Origin: an uncultured bacterium | GTDB taxonomy: Bacteria > Patescibacteriota > Minisyncoccia > UBA6257 > GWB1-50-10 | Length of the DNA: 64,000 bases | Assembly: GCA_963722655.1 (NCBI GenBank) | Contig: CAVRNT010000001.1 | Coordinates: 244,994-308,993 of the forward strand | Direction: 5' to 3' | Part shown: in pieces, positions 1-9,771 of the stretch | Position numbering within the stretch: the stretch's first letter is position 1 | Layout: each line of letters begins with the position of its first letter | The notes under the pieces: generated by a model | The model's input: only the letters and a program-made list of their open reading frames with translations | What the model was told of the DNA's origin: nothing | The model's database searches: none | Position numbers and translations under genes: made by a program

Positions 1-1
1 C

Positions 2-178
2 TTGAAGGCCCAACTCCGCATCGCGGACCGTTTGGGCGTCCGCCTCGCCCTCATCTTGGGCCAGAAAGAGGTCTTCGAAGGGACGATCATCGTCCGGGAC
101 ACCGAGACCGGCGCCCAGGAGACGATCGTCACGGAGCACCTGGTGGAGGAGGTGAAGAAAAGATTGAGCAATAAGTGA
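2..178 (+). CDS. hisS: C-terminal anticodon-binding domain of a histidyl-tRNA synthetase(-like) protein, partial at window edge
   Basis: Manual translation LKAQLRIADRLGVRLALILGQKEVFEGTIIVRDTETGAQETI...KKRLSNK* matches the class IIa anticodon-binding domain; precedes HIT-rpsU-yqeY. Confidence 0.75.
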   Translation: MKAQLRIADRLGVRLALILGQKEVFEGTIIVRDTETGAQETIVTEHLVEEVKKRLSNK

Positions 179-179
179 G

Positions 180-599
180 ATGGAAGATTGTATCTTCTGC
201 AAAATAATCGACAAGGAGATCCCGGCGAGCATCGTCTACGAGGACGATGCGGCCCTTGGCATCCTCGACGTCAATCCGCGCGCTTGGGGCCACACGATGA
301 TTTTGCCAAAAAAGCATTACCCGACTATATTGGATGTGCCTCCGGAGGAGCTCGGGCCGCTCTTGGCCGCAGTGCAGAAGGTGACGGCCGCGATAGAAAA
401 AGCCCTCGCGCCGGACGGTTTCACGATCGGGGTGAACCACGGGAAGGTTTCCGGCCAAGCGGTGCCGCACCTTCACGTCCACATCCTGCCGCGCTTCGAG
501 GGGGACGGCGGCGGGTCTATCCACTCTGTGGTCGGCGCGGCGCCGAAGGAAGGATTGGAAGAGACGCGGGCGCGGATAGTCAAAGCGCTCAACGGATAA
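180..599 (+). CDS. HIT family nucleotide hydrolase
   Basis: DCIFCKI N-terminus and HLHVHILPR histidine triad. Confidence 0.95.
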   Translation: MEDCIFCKIIDKEIPASIVYEDDAALGILDVNPRAWGHTMILPKKHYPTILDVPPEELGPLLAAVQKVTAAIEKALAPDGFTIGVNHGKVSGQAVPHLHVHILPRFEGDGGGSIHSVVGAAPKEGLEETRARIVKALNG

Positions 600-643
600 A
601 AAGGGTCGAACAAGCGAAACATTTAAAAATTCCAACATAAACC

Positions 644-865
644 ATGGCATTAGAGATCAGAAAAAGGAAGGGCGAGAACACCAACGCCTTCATCTACCGC
701 TTCAATAAGCGCATTCAGCAGAGCGGCGTCTTGAAGGAGGTGCGGAAGAGGCGGGCTCACGGCCGCCCGGAGAACAAGCGGAAGCGCCGCAAGCGCGCGC
801 TCTACCGCATCGGGAAGCAAAAGGAGCTCGCGAAGCAAAGGAAACAAGGCTACAAGTACAAATAA
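644..865 (+). CDS. rpsU: 30S ribosomal protein S21
   Basis: Small basic protein, RFNKRIQQSGVLKEVRKR; conserved position before yqeY. Confidence 0.85.
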   Translation: MALEIRKRKGENTNAFIYRFNKRIQQSGVLKEVRKRRAHGRPENKRKRRKRALYRIGKQKELAKQRKQGYKYK

Positions 866-880
866 GGTCCATTCCTCTAA

Positions 881-1348
881 ATGAGCGAAGGTCTTTTGGA
901 GAAAATAAAAGCCGACACGCTCGCTGCTATGAAAGGCGGTGACGCGGTTCGCCTCGGCACTCTGCGCCTCCTCTCGGCCGCCTTGCACAACCGCGAGATC
1001 GAGAAGCGGACGAAAGGGCAGAGCGACGTCCTCTCAGCCGACGACGTTTTGGACGTCTTGCGGCGCGAGGCCAAAAAGCGCCGTGAGGCCATCGAGTTCT
1101 ATATTAAAGGAGGTCGGTCGGAGCTGGCCGAGAAGGAGACCAGCGAACTCAAGGTCCTCGAGGGATACTTGCCGCCGTCCTTGGACCCGGCGGAGGTCAA
1201 ACGCTTGGTCGCGGAGGCGGTCGCCGAAGTGAAGCCCCAAGGGCCGAAGGATTTCGGCAAAGTGATGGGCGCGGTGATGAAGAAGGCCGGCGGCCGAGCG
1301 GATTCGAGCGTCATTTCGGCCGCCGTGAAGGAGGTCCTGGGCGCATGA
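881..1348 (+). CDS. yqeY: GatB/YqeY domain protein
   Basis: AMKGGD..RLGTLRLL, KKRREAIE.Y..GGR.ELAEKE, DFGKVMG. Confidence 0.93.
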   Translation: MSEGLLEKIKADTLAAMKGGDAVRLGTLRLLSAALHNREIEKRTKGQSDVLSADDVLDVLRREAKKRREAIEFYIKGGRSELAEKETSELKVLEGYLPPSLDPAEVKRLVAEAVAEVKPQGPKDFGKVMGAVMKKAGGRADSSVISAAVKEVLGA

Positions 1349-1773
1349 AGGCGGTGAAGCGGGTGACCGTGACGGCCTTGGACCGGAAGGACAGACCTTG
1401 GGAGAAACGTCTCGAGGTTTTTGGTTTAAGAGCGCTCAAAGCGGCGGGCCTTAAAGGCGCCGCCTTTGACGTTTACCTCGCCCCGGACGGGGTGATGCGC
1501 GCGCTGAACAGGCGGTACCGGAAGAAGGACAAGCCGACGAACGTCCTGAGCTTCGGGAGCGCCGCACGTTTCCCCCGGCCGGATCTGGGGCCGGGAACAC
1601 GCTACCTCGGCGAGATATTTTTGGACCCCGGTTACATCGCGGCCCGGGGCGGGAATGTCGAGCGCCTCTTTGTACACAGTTTTCTTCACCTTTTGGGATA
1701 TACGCACAGGCGGAGAGATGATAGAATGAAGATGGAAAAAAAGGAAAGATGGCTAATCTCATCACTGGGTTAG
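1345..1773 (+). CDS. ybeY: rRNA maturation endoribonuclease YbeY
   Basis: LNRRYRKKDKPTNVLSF and HSFLHLLGYTH motifs. Confidence 0.93.
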   Translation: MKAVKRVTVTALDRKDRPWEKRLEVFGLRALKAAGLKGAAFDVYLAPDGVMRALNRRYRKKDKPTNVLSFGSAARFPRPDLGPGTRYLGEIFLDPGYIAARGGNVERLFVHSFLHLLGYTHRRRDDRMKMEKKERWLISSLG

Positions 1774-2972
1774 ATATCGGTTCGTCCGAGATCAAGTGCG
1801 TGGTGGCGGAGACGAAGAAGGGCGGCGTGCTCTCGGTCGTCACCGCCTTCAAGCAGCCGTCGGCCGGCATCCGACACGGCGTTTTGGTGGATGCGGAGGA
1901 CACCTTGGGGGCGCTCGACGCCGTCGTCTCCGACCTCGGGAAGATCTCGAAGGCGGCGACGAGAAACGTCCTCGTCAACTTTCAAAGCCCGGAGGTCCGG
2001 GCCCGCACCTCGCGGGGCGTTGCCGCTGTCGCGCGGGCGGACAAGGAGATCCAAACCGACGACGTGGACCGGGTGACCCAGGCCTCGCGGGCCGTGAAGA
2101 TGATGCCGAACTCCGTCATCCTCCACAACGTCGTCAAGGAATATTTCGTGGACGAGATCGGCGACATCATCGACCCGCTCGGGATGACTGGGAGCCGGCT
2201 CGAGGTCGTGACCTTGATCGTCGAGGGTTTCGCCCCGCAGGTGAACCCGCTCCTCAAGGTCCTCGAGAAACTGCGGGTGGGCGTTTCGGGCGTCATCTTC
2301 AATCCGCTCGCCTCCGCGAACGCGGTCCTTTCCAAAAAGCAGCGCGAGCTCGGGGTCCTCGTCGTCGACTTCGGCGCGGGGACGACCTCCTTGGCCATCT
2401 TCGAGGAGGGCAAGGCCCTCCATGTGAAGAGCATCCCCTTGGGCTCGGCCTACGTCACGAACGACGTCGCGATCGGACTCAAGACCTCCATCGACCTCGC
2501 GGAAAAGCTCAAGACGACCTACGGCTCGGCGATCGCGAAGGAGGTGAACCGCCGGGAAATGGTGAAGCTTTCGGACGTGGACGGCCGGACGGAGGGGGAG
2601 GTCTCCCGCCATTTCCTCGCCGAGATCATCGAGATCCGGCTTGCGGAAATCCTCGGCCTCGTGAATAATGAGCTCAAGGTTTTGGGCCGCGACGTCCAGC
2701 TGCCGGCCGGGGTCGTGGTGACGGGCGGCGGCAGCAAGTTGCCGGGCCTCTTAGACCTCGTGAAATCCGAGCTCAAGTTGCCGGTCCAAATGGGTTTGCC
2801 GAACCTCGCGCCCTTCGAGATAATGAACCCGACTCACCAGGAACTGATGGACGATCCGGAATTCGCTTGCGCGGTCGGTCTCACTCTTTGGGGCCAGCTC
2901 GAGGGGCGGCGACCGCAGGCGAGCTGGAGCGCCACCGGACTCAAGGGATTTTTGAAGAATTTGATACCGTAA
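1749..2972 (+). CDS. ftsA: Cell division protein FtsA
   Basis: GLDIGSSEIK, VDFGAGTT, VTGGGSKLPG; directly upstream of ftsZ. Confidence 0.96.
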   Translation: MANLITGLDIGSSEIKCVVAETKKGGVLSVVTAFKQPSAGIRHGVLVDAEDTLGALDAVVSDLGKISKAATRNVLVNFQSPEVRARTSRGVAAVARADKEIQTDDVDRVTQASRAVKMMPNSVILHNVVKEYFVDEIGDIIDPLGMTGSRLEVVTLIVEGFAPQVNPLLKVLEKLRVGVSGVIFNPLASANAVLSKKQRELGVLVVDFGAGTTSLAIFEEGKALHVKSIPLGSAYVTNDVAIGLKTSIDLAEKLKTTYGSAIAKEVNRREMVKLSDVDGRTEGEVSRHFLAEIIEIRLAEILGLVNNELKVLGRDVQLPAGVVVTGGGSKLPGLLDLVKSELKLPVQMGLPNLAPFEIMNPTHQELMDDPEFACAVGLTLWGQLEGRRPQASWSATGLKGFLKNLIP

Positions 2973-3014
2973 AACTCATATTTAAATCTTTGAATATTTA
3001 AACCTTTCGCACCA

Positions 3015-4229
3015 ATGTCCAAGAAAAAACACAGAAGATCGAGATCCAAACCGTCGAGCAGGTCAAAGACCTCCCAAAGTTCCGGCGGTCTCACGAAGAT
3101 CATCGTCGTCGGTCTCGGCGGCATGGGCGGGAACGCCGTGACGCGGATGATGGAAAGCGATCGCCCGCGGGGCGTGGAGTTCATCGCCGTGAACACCGAC
3201 GCGCAGGATCTGGATTACGCGACGGCCCACAAGAAGCTCTACATCGGCCGGGCGCTCACGCGGGGGCTCGGGGCCGGAATGAATCCCGAGATCGGCAAAC
3301 AAGCGGCCGAGGAAAACCGCTCGGAGATCGGCGAGGCGATTGAGAACGCCGACGTCGTCTTCATCACCGCGGGCATGGGTGGCGGCACGGGCACGGGCGC
3401 CGCGCCCGTCGTCGCGGAGATCGCCAAAGAAAAGGGGATTCTCACGATCGCGGTCGTCACGAAACCCTTTGCTTTCGAAGGAGCGCAGCGGACGACGATC
3501 GCCCAAGAAGGCTTGGCTCGCCTTAAGGAGAAGGTGGACGCGCTCATCGTCATCCCGAACGACCGAGTTTTCACTTTGATTGACAAGGACACTTCCGTGA
3601 TGCGGGCCTTCGCCTTCATCGACGAGATATTGAAGCAAGGCATCAAGGCCATCGCCGAACTCGTGAACACCCCCGGCATCGTGAACGTGGACTTCGCCGA
3701 CATCAAGTCGATATTGAAGGAGTCGGGGACGACCTTGATCGGCATCGGCACGGCGTCGGGCCAGGACCGGAGCGTGAAGGCCGTCGGGAACGCCGTGAAC
3801 TCTCCGCTCCTCGAGGTCTCGATGGAAGGAGCGAAGGGTGTCCTCTTCTCGATCGCCGGCGGCCGGGACCTCAAGATGTCCGAAGTGAACGACATCGCGA
3901 AGACCATCGCCGGTTCCCTCGATTCTAACGCCCGGGTCATCTTCGGGGCCTATTACGACCGGGGACTCAAGGACAAGGCGATCAAAGTGACGGTCATCGC
4001 GACCGGCTTTAACGGTATGTTCTCGGATAGACGGGGAATGCCGACCCTCTTCATGGCGAACGAAACTAAGAAAACCGATTCGAAGATCGCCGATGTTACA
4101 CCGATCGGTGAAACACTGGACCTCGGAATGGCTGAAGGTAAGGAAAGGATAGTCAAGGGAGGAGGCGGCAAGGTGGAAGGAGGCGAGGCCTGGGAGATTC
4201 CGACGTTCCTCCGAAAGAAAAAGAGATAG
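3015..4229 (+). CDS. ftsZ: Cell division GTPase FtsZ
   Basis: GGGTGTG tubulin signature, NVDFADI, C-terminal EIPTFLRK. Confidence 0.98.
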   Translation: MSKKKHRRSRSKPSSRSKTSQSSGGLTKIIVVGLGGMGGNAVTRMMESDRPRGVEFIAVNTDAQDLDYATAHKKLYIGRALTRGLGAGMNPEIGKQAAEENRSEIGEAIENADVVFITAGMGGGTGTGAAPVVAEIAKEKGILTIAVVTKPFAFEGAQRTTIAQEGLARLKEKVDALIVIPNDRVFTLIDKDTSVMRAFAFIDEILKQGIKAIAELVNTPGIVNVDFADIKSILKESGTTLIGIGTASGQDRSVKAVGNAVNSPLLEVSMEGAKGVLFSIAGGRDLKMSEVNDIAKTIAGSLDSNARVIFGAYYDRGLKDKAIKVTVIATGFNGMFSDRRGMPTLFMANETKKTDSKIADVTPIGETLDLGMAEGKERIVKGGGGKVEGGEAWEIPTFLRKKKR

Positions 4230-4241
4230 CTGTCAAGGAAA

Positions 4242-4266
4242 GCTGGACAAAGGTCCGGCTTTTTTG
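4242..4266 (+). terminator. Intrinsic terminator after ftsZ
   Basis: agctggac-aaag-gtccggct followed by a T run. Confidence 0.6.
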
Positions 4267-4321
4267 TTTGCCGTGATGTTATCCACCATTGCGGTTTGCG
4301 GGCCGGCTTTTAGAATTGACT

Positions 4322-7150
4322 ATGTCGTTTAAATTTCCAAATTCTATGTCCACCGCGAAGAGAGCCGCGCGCGCGGCAAAGGGAAAAGGGGAGGAGAAAA
4401 AGGTCTCGAAGCGGTTCGCCGTGCCGCTCAAGCGGTTCTTCACGCAGGCGAACGTCGACCCCTTCGACGAAGTGCGGTGGGTGAAGTGCGATGCGGTCGT
4501 CGGTAGCGGAGAAAAGAAGGTCTTCGAACAAAAGGACGTCGAGTTCCCGGATTTTTGGTCGCAGAACGCCGTGAACATCACGGTCGCGAAATATTTCCGC
4601 GGCCAGCTCGGCAAACCCGAGCGCGAAAACAGTTTGAGACAGATGATCGGCCGGGTCACCAACGTCCTGCGCGCCTGGGGCGAGCGCGGCGGTTACTTCA
4701 CCGGTCCCGGGCAAGCGCAGATCTTCGAGGACGAGCTCAAACATCTTTTGGTCCACCAGCAGGGTTCCTTCAATAGTCCGGTTTGGTTCAACGTCGGCTC
4801 GCGGGAGAACCCTCAATGTTCCGCCTGCTTCATTCTCAGGGTGGAGGACGAGATGAGCGACATCTTGGATTGGATCAAGACGGAAGGAATGATCTTCAAA
4901 GGCGGCTCCGGCGCGGGCGTGAATCTCTCGAACCTGCGTTCGAAGCTCGAACCGCTCTCTGGGGGCGGCTACGCCTCCGGTCCGGTCTCCTTCATGCGCG
5001 GGGCGGACTCCGTTGCCGGCATGATCAAGTCCGGCGGCACGACCCGCCGGGCGGCGAAGATGGTCGTGATGAACATCGACCATCCCGACGTGATAGATTT
5101 CATCCGCGCTAAAGCGGAGGAGGAGAAAAAAGTGCGGGCGCTCATGGAGGCCGGCTACAACATGGCGGATTTGAACAACGACGCCTGGAACTCCATCCAA
5201 TATCAGAACGCCAACAACTCCGTCCGCATCACCGACGACTTCATGGAGGCGGTCGAGAAGGACGGCGATTGGCAGACCCGCTTCCGCGTCTCGGGCAAAA
5301 TCGCCCAAACCTACAAGGCCCGCGAGGTCTTGGAGAAGATCGCCGAGGCGGCCTGGGAATGCGGCGACCCGGGCGTCCAGTTCGACACCATCATCAACAA
5401 GTGGCACACCTGCCCCTTGTCCGGCCGCATCAACGCCTCCAACCCCTGCAGCGAGTACATGCATTTGGACAACTCCGCCTGCAACCTGGCCTCGATCAAT
5501 CTTCTGAAGTTCTTGAACGCGGACGGCACCTTCGACGTCAAGGCCTTCAAGCAGGCGGTGGACGTCTTCATCTTGGCCCAAGAGATCATCGTCTCGGGCT
5601 CGAGCTACCCGACGGAGAAGATCGCCGAAAACGCGCATGATTTCCGGGAACTGGGGCTGGGCTTCGCCAATTTGGGGGCCCTCCTCATGACCAAAGGCCT
5701 GGCTTACGATTCCGAAGGCGCCAGGGCCTTAGCCGGGGCGATCGCCTCCTTGATGTCCGGCGAGGCCTACCGAATGTCATCGGAGATTGCCGCGCGCATC
5801 GGGCCTTTTGCCGGCTACGCCCTGAACCGCGAACTGATGCTCCGGGTCATCAAGATGCACGACGCGGAATCCAATAAGATAGATGCCGCCGTTTTGGACG
5901 ACAAAAAGCTGGGCGCCGAAGCCCGGAAGGTCTGGGACGAGGCGCTCGAGGCGGGCGAAAAGAACGGCTACCGCAACTCTCAGGTCACGGTCATCGCCCC
6001 GACGGGGACCATCTCCTTCATGATGGACTGCGACACGACGGGCATCGAACCGGATTTCGCCTTGGTCAAGATGAAGCAGCTCGTGGGCGGCGGCTGGATG
6101 AAGATCGTGAATGAGAGCGTCCCGCCGGCCTTGAAGAACCTAGGTTACGGCACGGCGGAGGCGAAGGCGATCATGGACTACGTGCGGGAAAGCGGCACGA
6201 TGGAAGGCGCGCCCGGATTCAAAGAGGAACATCTACCGATCTTCGACTGCGCCGTCCGCTCCGGCAAGGGGACGCGCTCCATTTCCTGGAGAGGCCACGT
6301 GCGCCTCGTGGGCGCGGTCCAGCCCTTCATCTCGGGCGCGATCTCGAAGACCTTCAACATGGCGAGCGACGTGACGAAAGAGGAGATCGAAGAGGCCTAC
6401 GTGATGGCCTGGAAGTTGGGCATCAAAGCCTTCGCCGTCTATCGCGACGGCTCCAAGGCGACCCAGCCCTTGAACACCTCTGAGAAGAAGGACGGTAAGA
6501 AAAGCGACAAGGCTCTCGGCGACGGCGTTTCCCGCCGGAAGTTGCCGACGACCCGAGTTTCCGAGACCCACAAGTTCGCCATCGTCGGCCACGAAGGCTA
6601 TCTGACCTACAGCATGTACGACGACGGGATGCCGGCCGAGATCTTCATCCGGATGTCGAAGCAAGGGAGCACGCTCTCGGGGCTCCTCGACGCCTTCGCC
6701 ATCTCGGTCTCGATGGCCCTCCAGTACGGCGTGCCCTTCAAGGCCTTGGCCCACAAGTTCATCTACAGTCGCTTCGAACCGGCGGGCTTCACCGAGAACC
6801 CCCAGATCCGGATCGCGACGAGCATCATCGACTACATCTTCCGCTACCTCGCTTTGCGGTTCATGACCGCCGAGGACCTCGCGGAGTTCGGAATGACCCA
6901 AGCCCTCGAGGGCCACGATGTCCATACCGTGAAATTGGAGGCGCCGAAGACGGTCGTGATCGACGCCAAACCCGCCGAGGTCGACGAAACCGCCAATGGT
7001 GGAGGCGAATCGCTCTATTCGGCGTCAGCGAATAAGTCGGGTACGGTGCTTGCCGAGACGGTCTGCAAGAACTGCGGCGGCATGATGGTCCGCACGGGCA
7101 CCTGTCTCACCTGCCTGCAGTGCGGCAGCTCGTCTGGCGGCTGCTCTTGA
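4322..7150 (+). CDS. nrdJ: Vitamin B12-dependent (class II) ribonucleotide reductase with C-terminal TSCPD/Zn-ribbon; start 4322 or 4346
   Basis: PQCSACFI, SNPCSEY, APTGTISF, SGAISKT; C-terminal CKNC...CLQC. Confidence 0.95.
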   Translation: MSFKFPNSMSTAKRAARAAKGKGEEKKVSKRFAVPLKRFFTQANVDPFDEVRWVKCDAVVGSGEKKVFEQKDVEFPDFWSQNAVNITVAKYFRGQLGKPERENSLRQMIGRVTNVLRAWGERGGYFTGPGQAQIFEDELKHLLVHQQGSFNSPVWFNVGSRENPQCSACFILRVEDEMSDILDWIKTEGMIFKGGSGAGVNLSNLRSKLEPLSGGGYASGPVSFMRGADSVAGMIKSGGTTRRAAKMVVMNIDHPDVIDFIRAKAEEEKKVRALMEAGYNMADLNNDAWNSIQYQNANNSVRITDDFMEAVEKDGDWQTRFRVSGKIAQTYKAREVLEKIAEAAWECGDPGVQFDTIINKWHTCPLSGRINASNPCSEYMHLDNSACNLASINLLKFLNADGTFDVKAFKQAVDVFILAQEIIVSGSSYPTEKIAENAHDFRELGLGFANLGALLMTKGLAYDSEGARALAGAIASLMSGEAYRMSSEIAARIGPFAGYALNRELMLRVIKMHDAESNKIDAAVLDDKKLGAEARKVWDEALEAGEKNGYRNSQVTVIAPTGTISFMMDCDTTGIEPDFALVKMKQLVGGGWMKIVNESVPPALKNLGYGTAEAKAIMDYVRESGTMEGAPGFKEEHLPIFDCAVRSGKGTRSISWRGHVRLVGAVQPFISGAISKTFNMASDVTKEEIEEAYVMAWKLGIKAFAVYRDGSKATQPLNTSEKKDGKKSDKALGDGVSRRKLPTTRVSETHKFAIVGHEGYLTYSMYDDGMPAEIFIRMSKQGSTLSGLLDAFAISVSMALQYGVPFKALAHKFIYSRFEPAGFTENPQIRIATSIIDYIFRYLALRFMTAEDLAEFGMTQALEGHDVHTVKLEAPKTVVIDAKPAEVDETANGGGESLYSASANKSGTVLAETVCKNCGGMMVRTGTCLTCLQCGSSSGGCS

Positions 7151-7170
7151 TCGCTGGCTATTTAAGAATG

Positions 7171-7200
7171 AAAAACCCGCCCGAAGAGGCGGGTTTTTTT
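7171..7200. terminator. Bidirectional intrinsic terminator between nrdJ and tRNA-Lys
   Basis: aaaaacccgcc-cgaaga-ggcgggttttttt. Confidence 0.8.
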
Positions 7201-7201
7201 G

Positions 7202-7274
7202 TCCCCCGGACAGGATTCGAACCTGTGACCCACTGCTTAAAAGGCAGGTGCTCTACCAACTGAGCTACCGGGGG
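7202..7274 (-). tRNA. tRNA-Lys(UUU), CCA not encoded
   Basis: Reverse complement CCCCCGGTAGCTCAGTTGGTAGAGC...CTTTTAA...GGTTCGAATCC...CCGGGGGA folds as a cloverleaf. Confidence 0.93.
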
Positions 7275-7367
7275 AAACTCGAGCAATTATGATTATATTC
7301 GCCCGTTTGGCAAATTTCAACGATTATGGTATTAAGAAACCAGTTGTTTAACTGATTGGGAGGCAAC

Positions 7368-7745
7368 ATGACCATAGATGAGCTAAGAGAGAAGGTCATT
7401 TTGAAGGCTCGGTCCGATGGATTGCGGATGGTCGGCATCCTGCGGCAGGATATCGTGGACGATATCCTCGTCTATCTTCAAGGCAAAGGATCTATATTCT
7501 TTTACCTCGAGACCGAAGCCTTTAGTTGGGCCGACCTCATAGACGGCGTTGATTTCTACATCGTAGTCATCAAAGAACGCTATATCGCCATTCCTATTTC
7601 GGTGACCGGCCCATTCTGGATAAAAAGCCATCTAGAACGTCATCCGGACGTGCCGGTGGTCTCCGTGGACCTGCGCAAGGGCCTGGCCAAGGCCAAAGCG
7701 CTCGCCACTAAGAGGATCTTGAGGATAATCGAAGCGGCGCGTTGA
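7368..7745 (+). CDS. Hypothetical protein (orphan)
   Basis: ORF with GGGAGG SD before ATG 7368 and downstream terminator hairpins. Confidence 0.65.
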   Translation: MTIDELREKVILKARSDGLRMVGILRQDIVDDILVYLQGKGSIFFYLETEAFSWADLIDGVDFYIVVIKERYIAIPISVTGPFWIKSHLERHPDVPVVSVDLRKGLAKAKALATKRILRIIEAAR

Positions 7746-7962
7746 AATTCTGACGCGCCGCCATTTTTTACATCACACCGCAATTCAAGCGCCCAGCTTT
7801 ACACGGGGCGGTTTTTTTATTACATAGCGAAGCGAGTGATACGCAAAGGCGAAGCGTTCGAGCATCCGAGCGAGCGACGGCAACGAAGGGGCTGAATGCT
7901 TCGGGGCTTGCCCCATATGAACACCCTTTATATAATTAAAACGTTGTCTCTGGACAATGTAT

Positions 7963-8034
7963 TCCCCGGTAGCTCAGTGGTAGAGCGGCGCTCTGTTAAA
8001 GCGATGGTCGTAGGTTCGAATCCTACCCGGGGAG
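7963..8034 (+). tRNA. tRNA-Asn(GUU); integration target
   Basis: TCCCCGGTAGCTCAGTGGTAGAGC...CTGTTAA...GGTTCGAATCC...CCGGGGAG cloverleaf. Confidence 0.94.
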
Positions 8035-9618
8035 CATTACTGGATTTCGGGCATACAAATGCCCGATTTTCTTTTTATTCGCGTGCTTTTTAGCAGGTTC
8101 TAACCCTGCGGATATTTCTTGCGCTTCTTTTGCCGCAGTTTGTATCGGGAACAGCAGATTATCCAAAGAAACACTCAATTTTTTGTCTTTTAGGGTGAGG
8201 TCCGAACCTAACGCCATAAAAATCCCTTTTTTCACTTCCATATCCTTCGTGGTAGCGAATATCTGCCGGGCCTTCTCTGCGAAGTTAAGGCCGCGCTCAG
8301 CAATTTCAAGCCAGTTCTCAACGCGCTTATCCGTATCTTTAAGCAGTTCCTGAAGCCGCTCTTTCTCCGCGAGTATTGTTTCCTTCTTGCTTTTGAACTC
8401 GTCCTCGGTAATCTCGCCGTTGGCACGCATATCAATCAAATTGTCTCCTCTACGTACGCACGCCTCGTATTCACGCCTCTGGTTGCCGTAAATGCGCTCC
8501 CGGTCCTCAACCTCCTTCTCGTTCATCTGCCGCAATCGCGCCATCGCCCACTCCTTGAAATCGGTTGGGATTTCAAGCTTGGCAAGCTCGGCGGTAATCT
8601 GCTTTTCAAGCTCGTCCTTCTCTATGGCCTGTTGCGTGCAATTCGGGTCCCTGCGTTTGGTGCAGTGATAGTAGGTGTAGTGATGCACATTGCCGTTTTT
8701 CTGGTGCTTCATTTTTTCCTCGGCGGTAATCATCGCACCGCACTCGCCGCAATGTATCGGCCCGCGATATACGATGTCGCGCTTTTGCCCTCGCGGTTGC
8801 GAACGCCTGCCGAGCAGAAACTGTATCCGGTCATACTCCTCTCGCGTAATCATCGGCTTGTGTATGCCCTTATGCCATTCTCCGCTTCCCACCGGATATT
8901 CAAACTCCCCGTAATAGAATGGGCGGGTTAGAAGCAGATAGATATTACTTCTGCTAAAAGGTTTGCCGTTAGGCATACGAAGGCCCCAATCTTTCGTTGC
9001 TATCTCCAAAATGCGCGGCGGCGTGTATTTACCAGTAAGCATCAGGTCAAATATCTTCCGCACAATATCAAAACGCTCCGGGTCTTCGTGAATGGTTTTG
9101 TATCCTTTCTCCCCGTATTTATCGTTCAAGTAGCCAACGGGAGCCGGTGCAGGATAAATGCCCATACGCGCCTTCTGCCCTAGTCCGCGTTTCACATCGC
9201 GTCCTTTCTTTGCGCTCTCGTATTGCGATTGTGAGAGCGCCATTTGAAGCATCCAAATACCCTCGGGTGTGTTCTCAAAGTGATAGGTTGCGAGCTTGAG
9301 GTCTTCTATAACCCCAGTGCGTATCATATAGGTAATTTCGCCAGCGTCTTTCTCGTTGCGCGAGAGACGGTCTGGATGCCACGCAACCAATCCGGTCCGC
9401 TCGCCGCTTTTTATCCGTTCAAGCATATCCGCGAACGCGGGGCGATTGAACGGCTTGAACGCGCTCGCCTTATCTTCCACAAACTCAACGTCCAATTTTC
9501 CGAACACTTCATTGAGCTTGTCTTTCTGCGCGGGGATGGACAACGCTTGTCTCTCCTCGCCCTCGGTGGATTTTCTTACATACGCGAAGTATTTAATTTT
9601 ATTTGTGTCTTTACTCAT
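8023..9618 (-). CDS. Large serine recombinase (resolvase, recombinase and Zn-ribbon/coiled-coil domains); stop codon lies inside tRNA-Asn
   Basis: YVRKSTE catalytic Ser, DRLSRN, CGECG...YYHC; ends NPVMLPG* at 8023-8025. Confidence 0.93.
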   Translation of the reverse strand: MSKDTNKIKYFAYVRKSTEGEERQALSIPAQKDKLNEVFGKLDVEFVEDKASAFKPFNRPAFADMLERIKSGERTGLVAWHPDRLSRNEKDAGEITYMIRTGVIEDLKLATYHFENTPEGIWMLQMALSQSQYESAKKGRDVKRGLGQKARMGIYPAPAPVGYLNDKYGEKGYKTIHEDPERFDIVRKIFDLMLTGKYTPPRILEIATKDWGLRMPNGKPFSRSNIYLLLTRPFYYGEFEYPVGSGEWHKGIHKPMITREEYDRIQFLLGRRSQPRGQKRDIVYRGPIHCGECGAMITAEEKMKHQKNGNVHHYTYYHCTKRRDPNCTQQAIEKDELEKQITAELAKLEIPTDFKEWAMARLRQMNEKEVEDRERIYGNQRREYEACVRRGDNLIDMRANGEITEDEFKSKKETILAEKERLQELLKDTDKRVENWLEIAERGLNFAEKARQIFATTKDMEVKKGIFMALGSDLTLKDKKLSVSLDNLLFPIQTAAKEAQEISAGLEPAKKHANKKKIGHLYARNPVMLPG

Positions 9619-9620
9619 AT

Positions 9621-9764
9621 GAAAAACCCGAAAGGGACGGTCTGGTTGACCCGATATGTGCAATCGCAAGGACTGACAGCATAGCGGCAGACCGCCCCTT
9701 CCGGGCCACTATGCTTTTTGGTAATAAAAATGCCTTGCGTGTCTTCGTACATAATCGGGTCAAC
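9621..9764 (-). promoter_or_regulatory. Structured leader / large imperfect palindrome upstream of the recombinase
   Basis: Nested inverted repeats 9645-9655/9754-9764, 9665-9671/9733-9739, 9678-9688/9705-9715, plus a competing pairing 9627-9644/9688-9705. Confidence 0.6.
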
Positions 9765-9771
9765 ATTATCA

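Noticed and set aside
4279-4287. DnaA-box-like TTATCCACC upstream of nrdJ
   Set aside because: A single imperfect box could occur by chance, and there is no cluster indicating oriC.
4322-7150. Possible intein or intron in nrdJ
   Set aside because: Length and motif spacing fit an uninterrupted class II RNR, and I see no splice-junction motifs.
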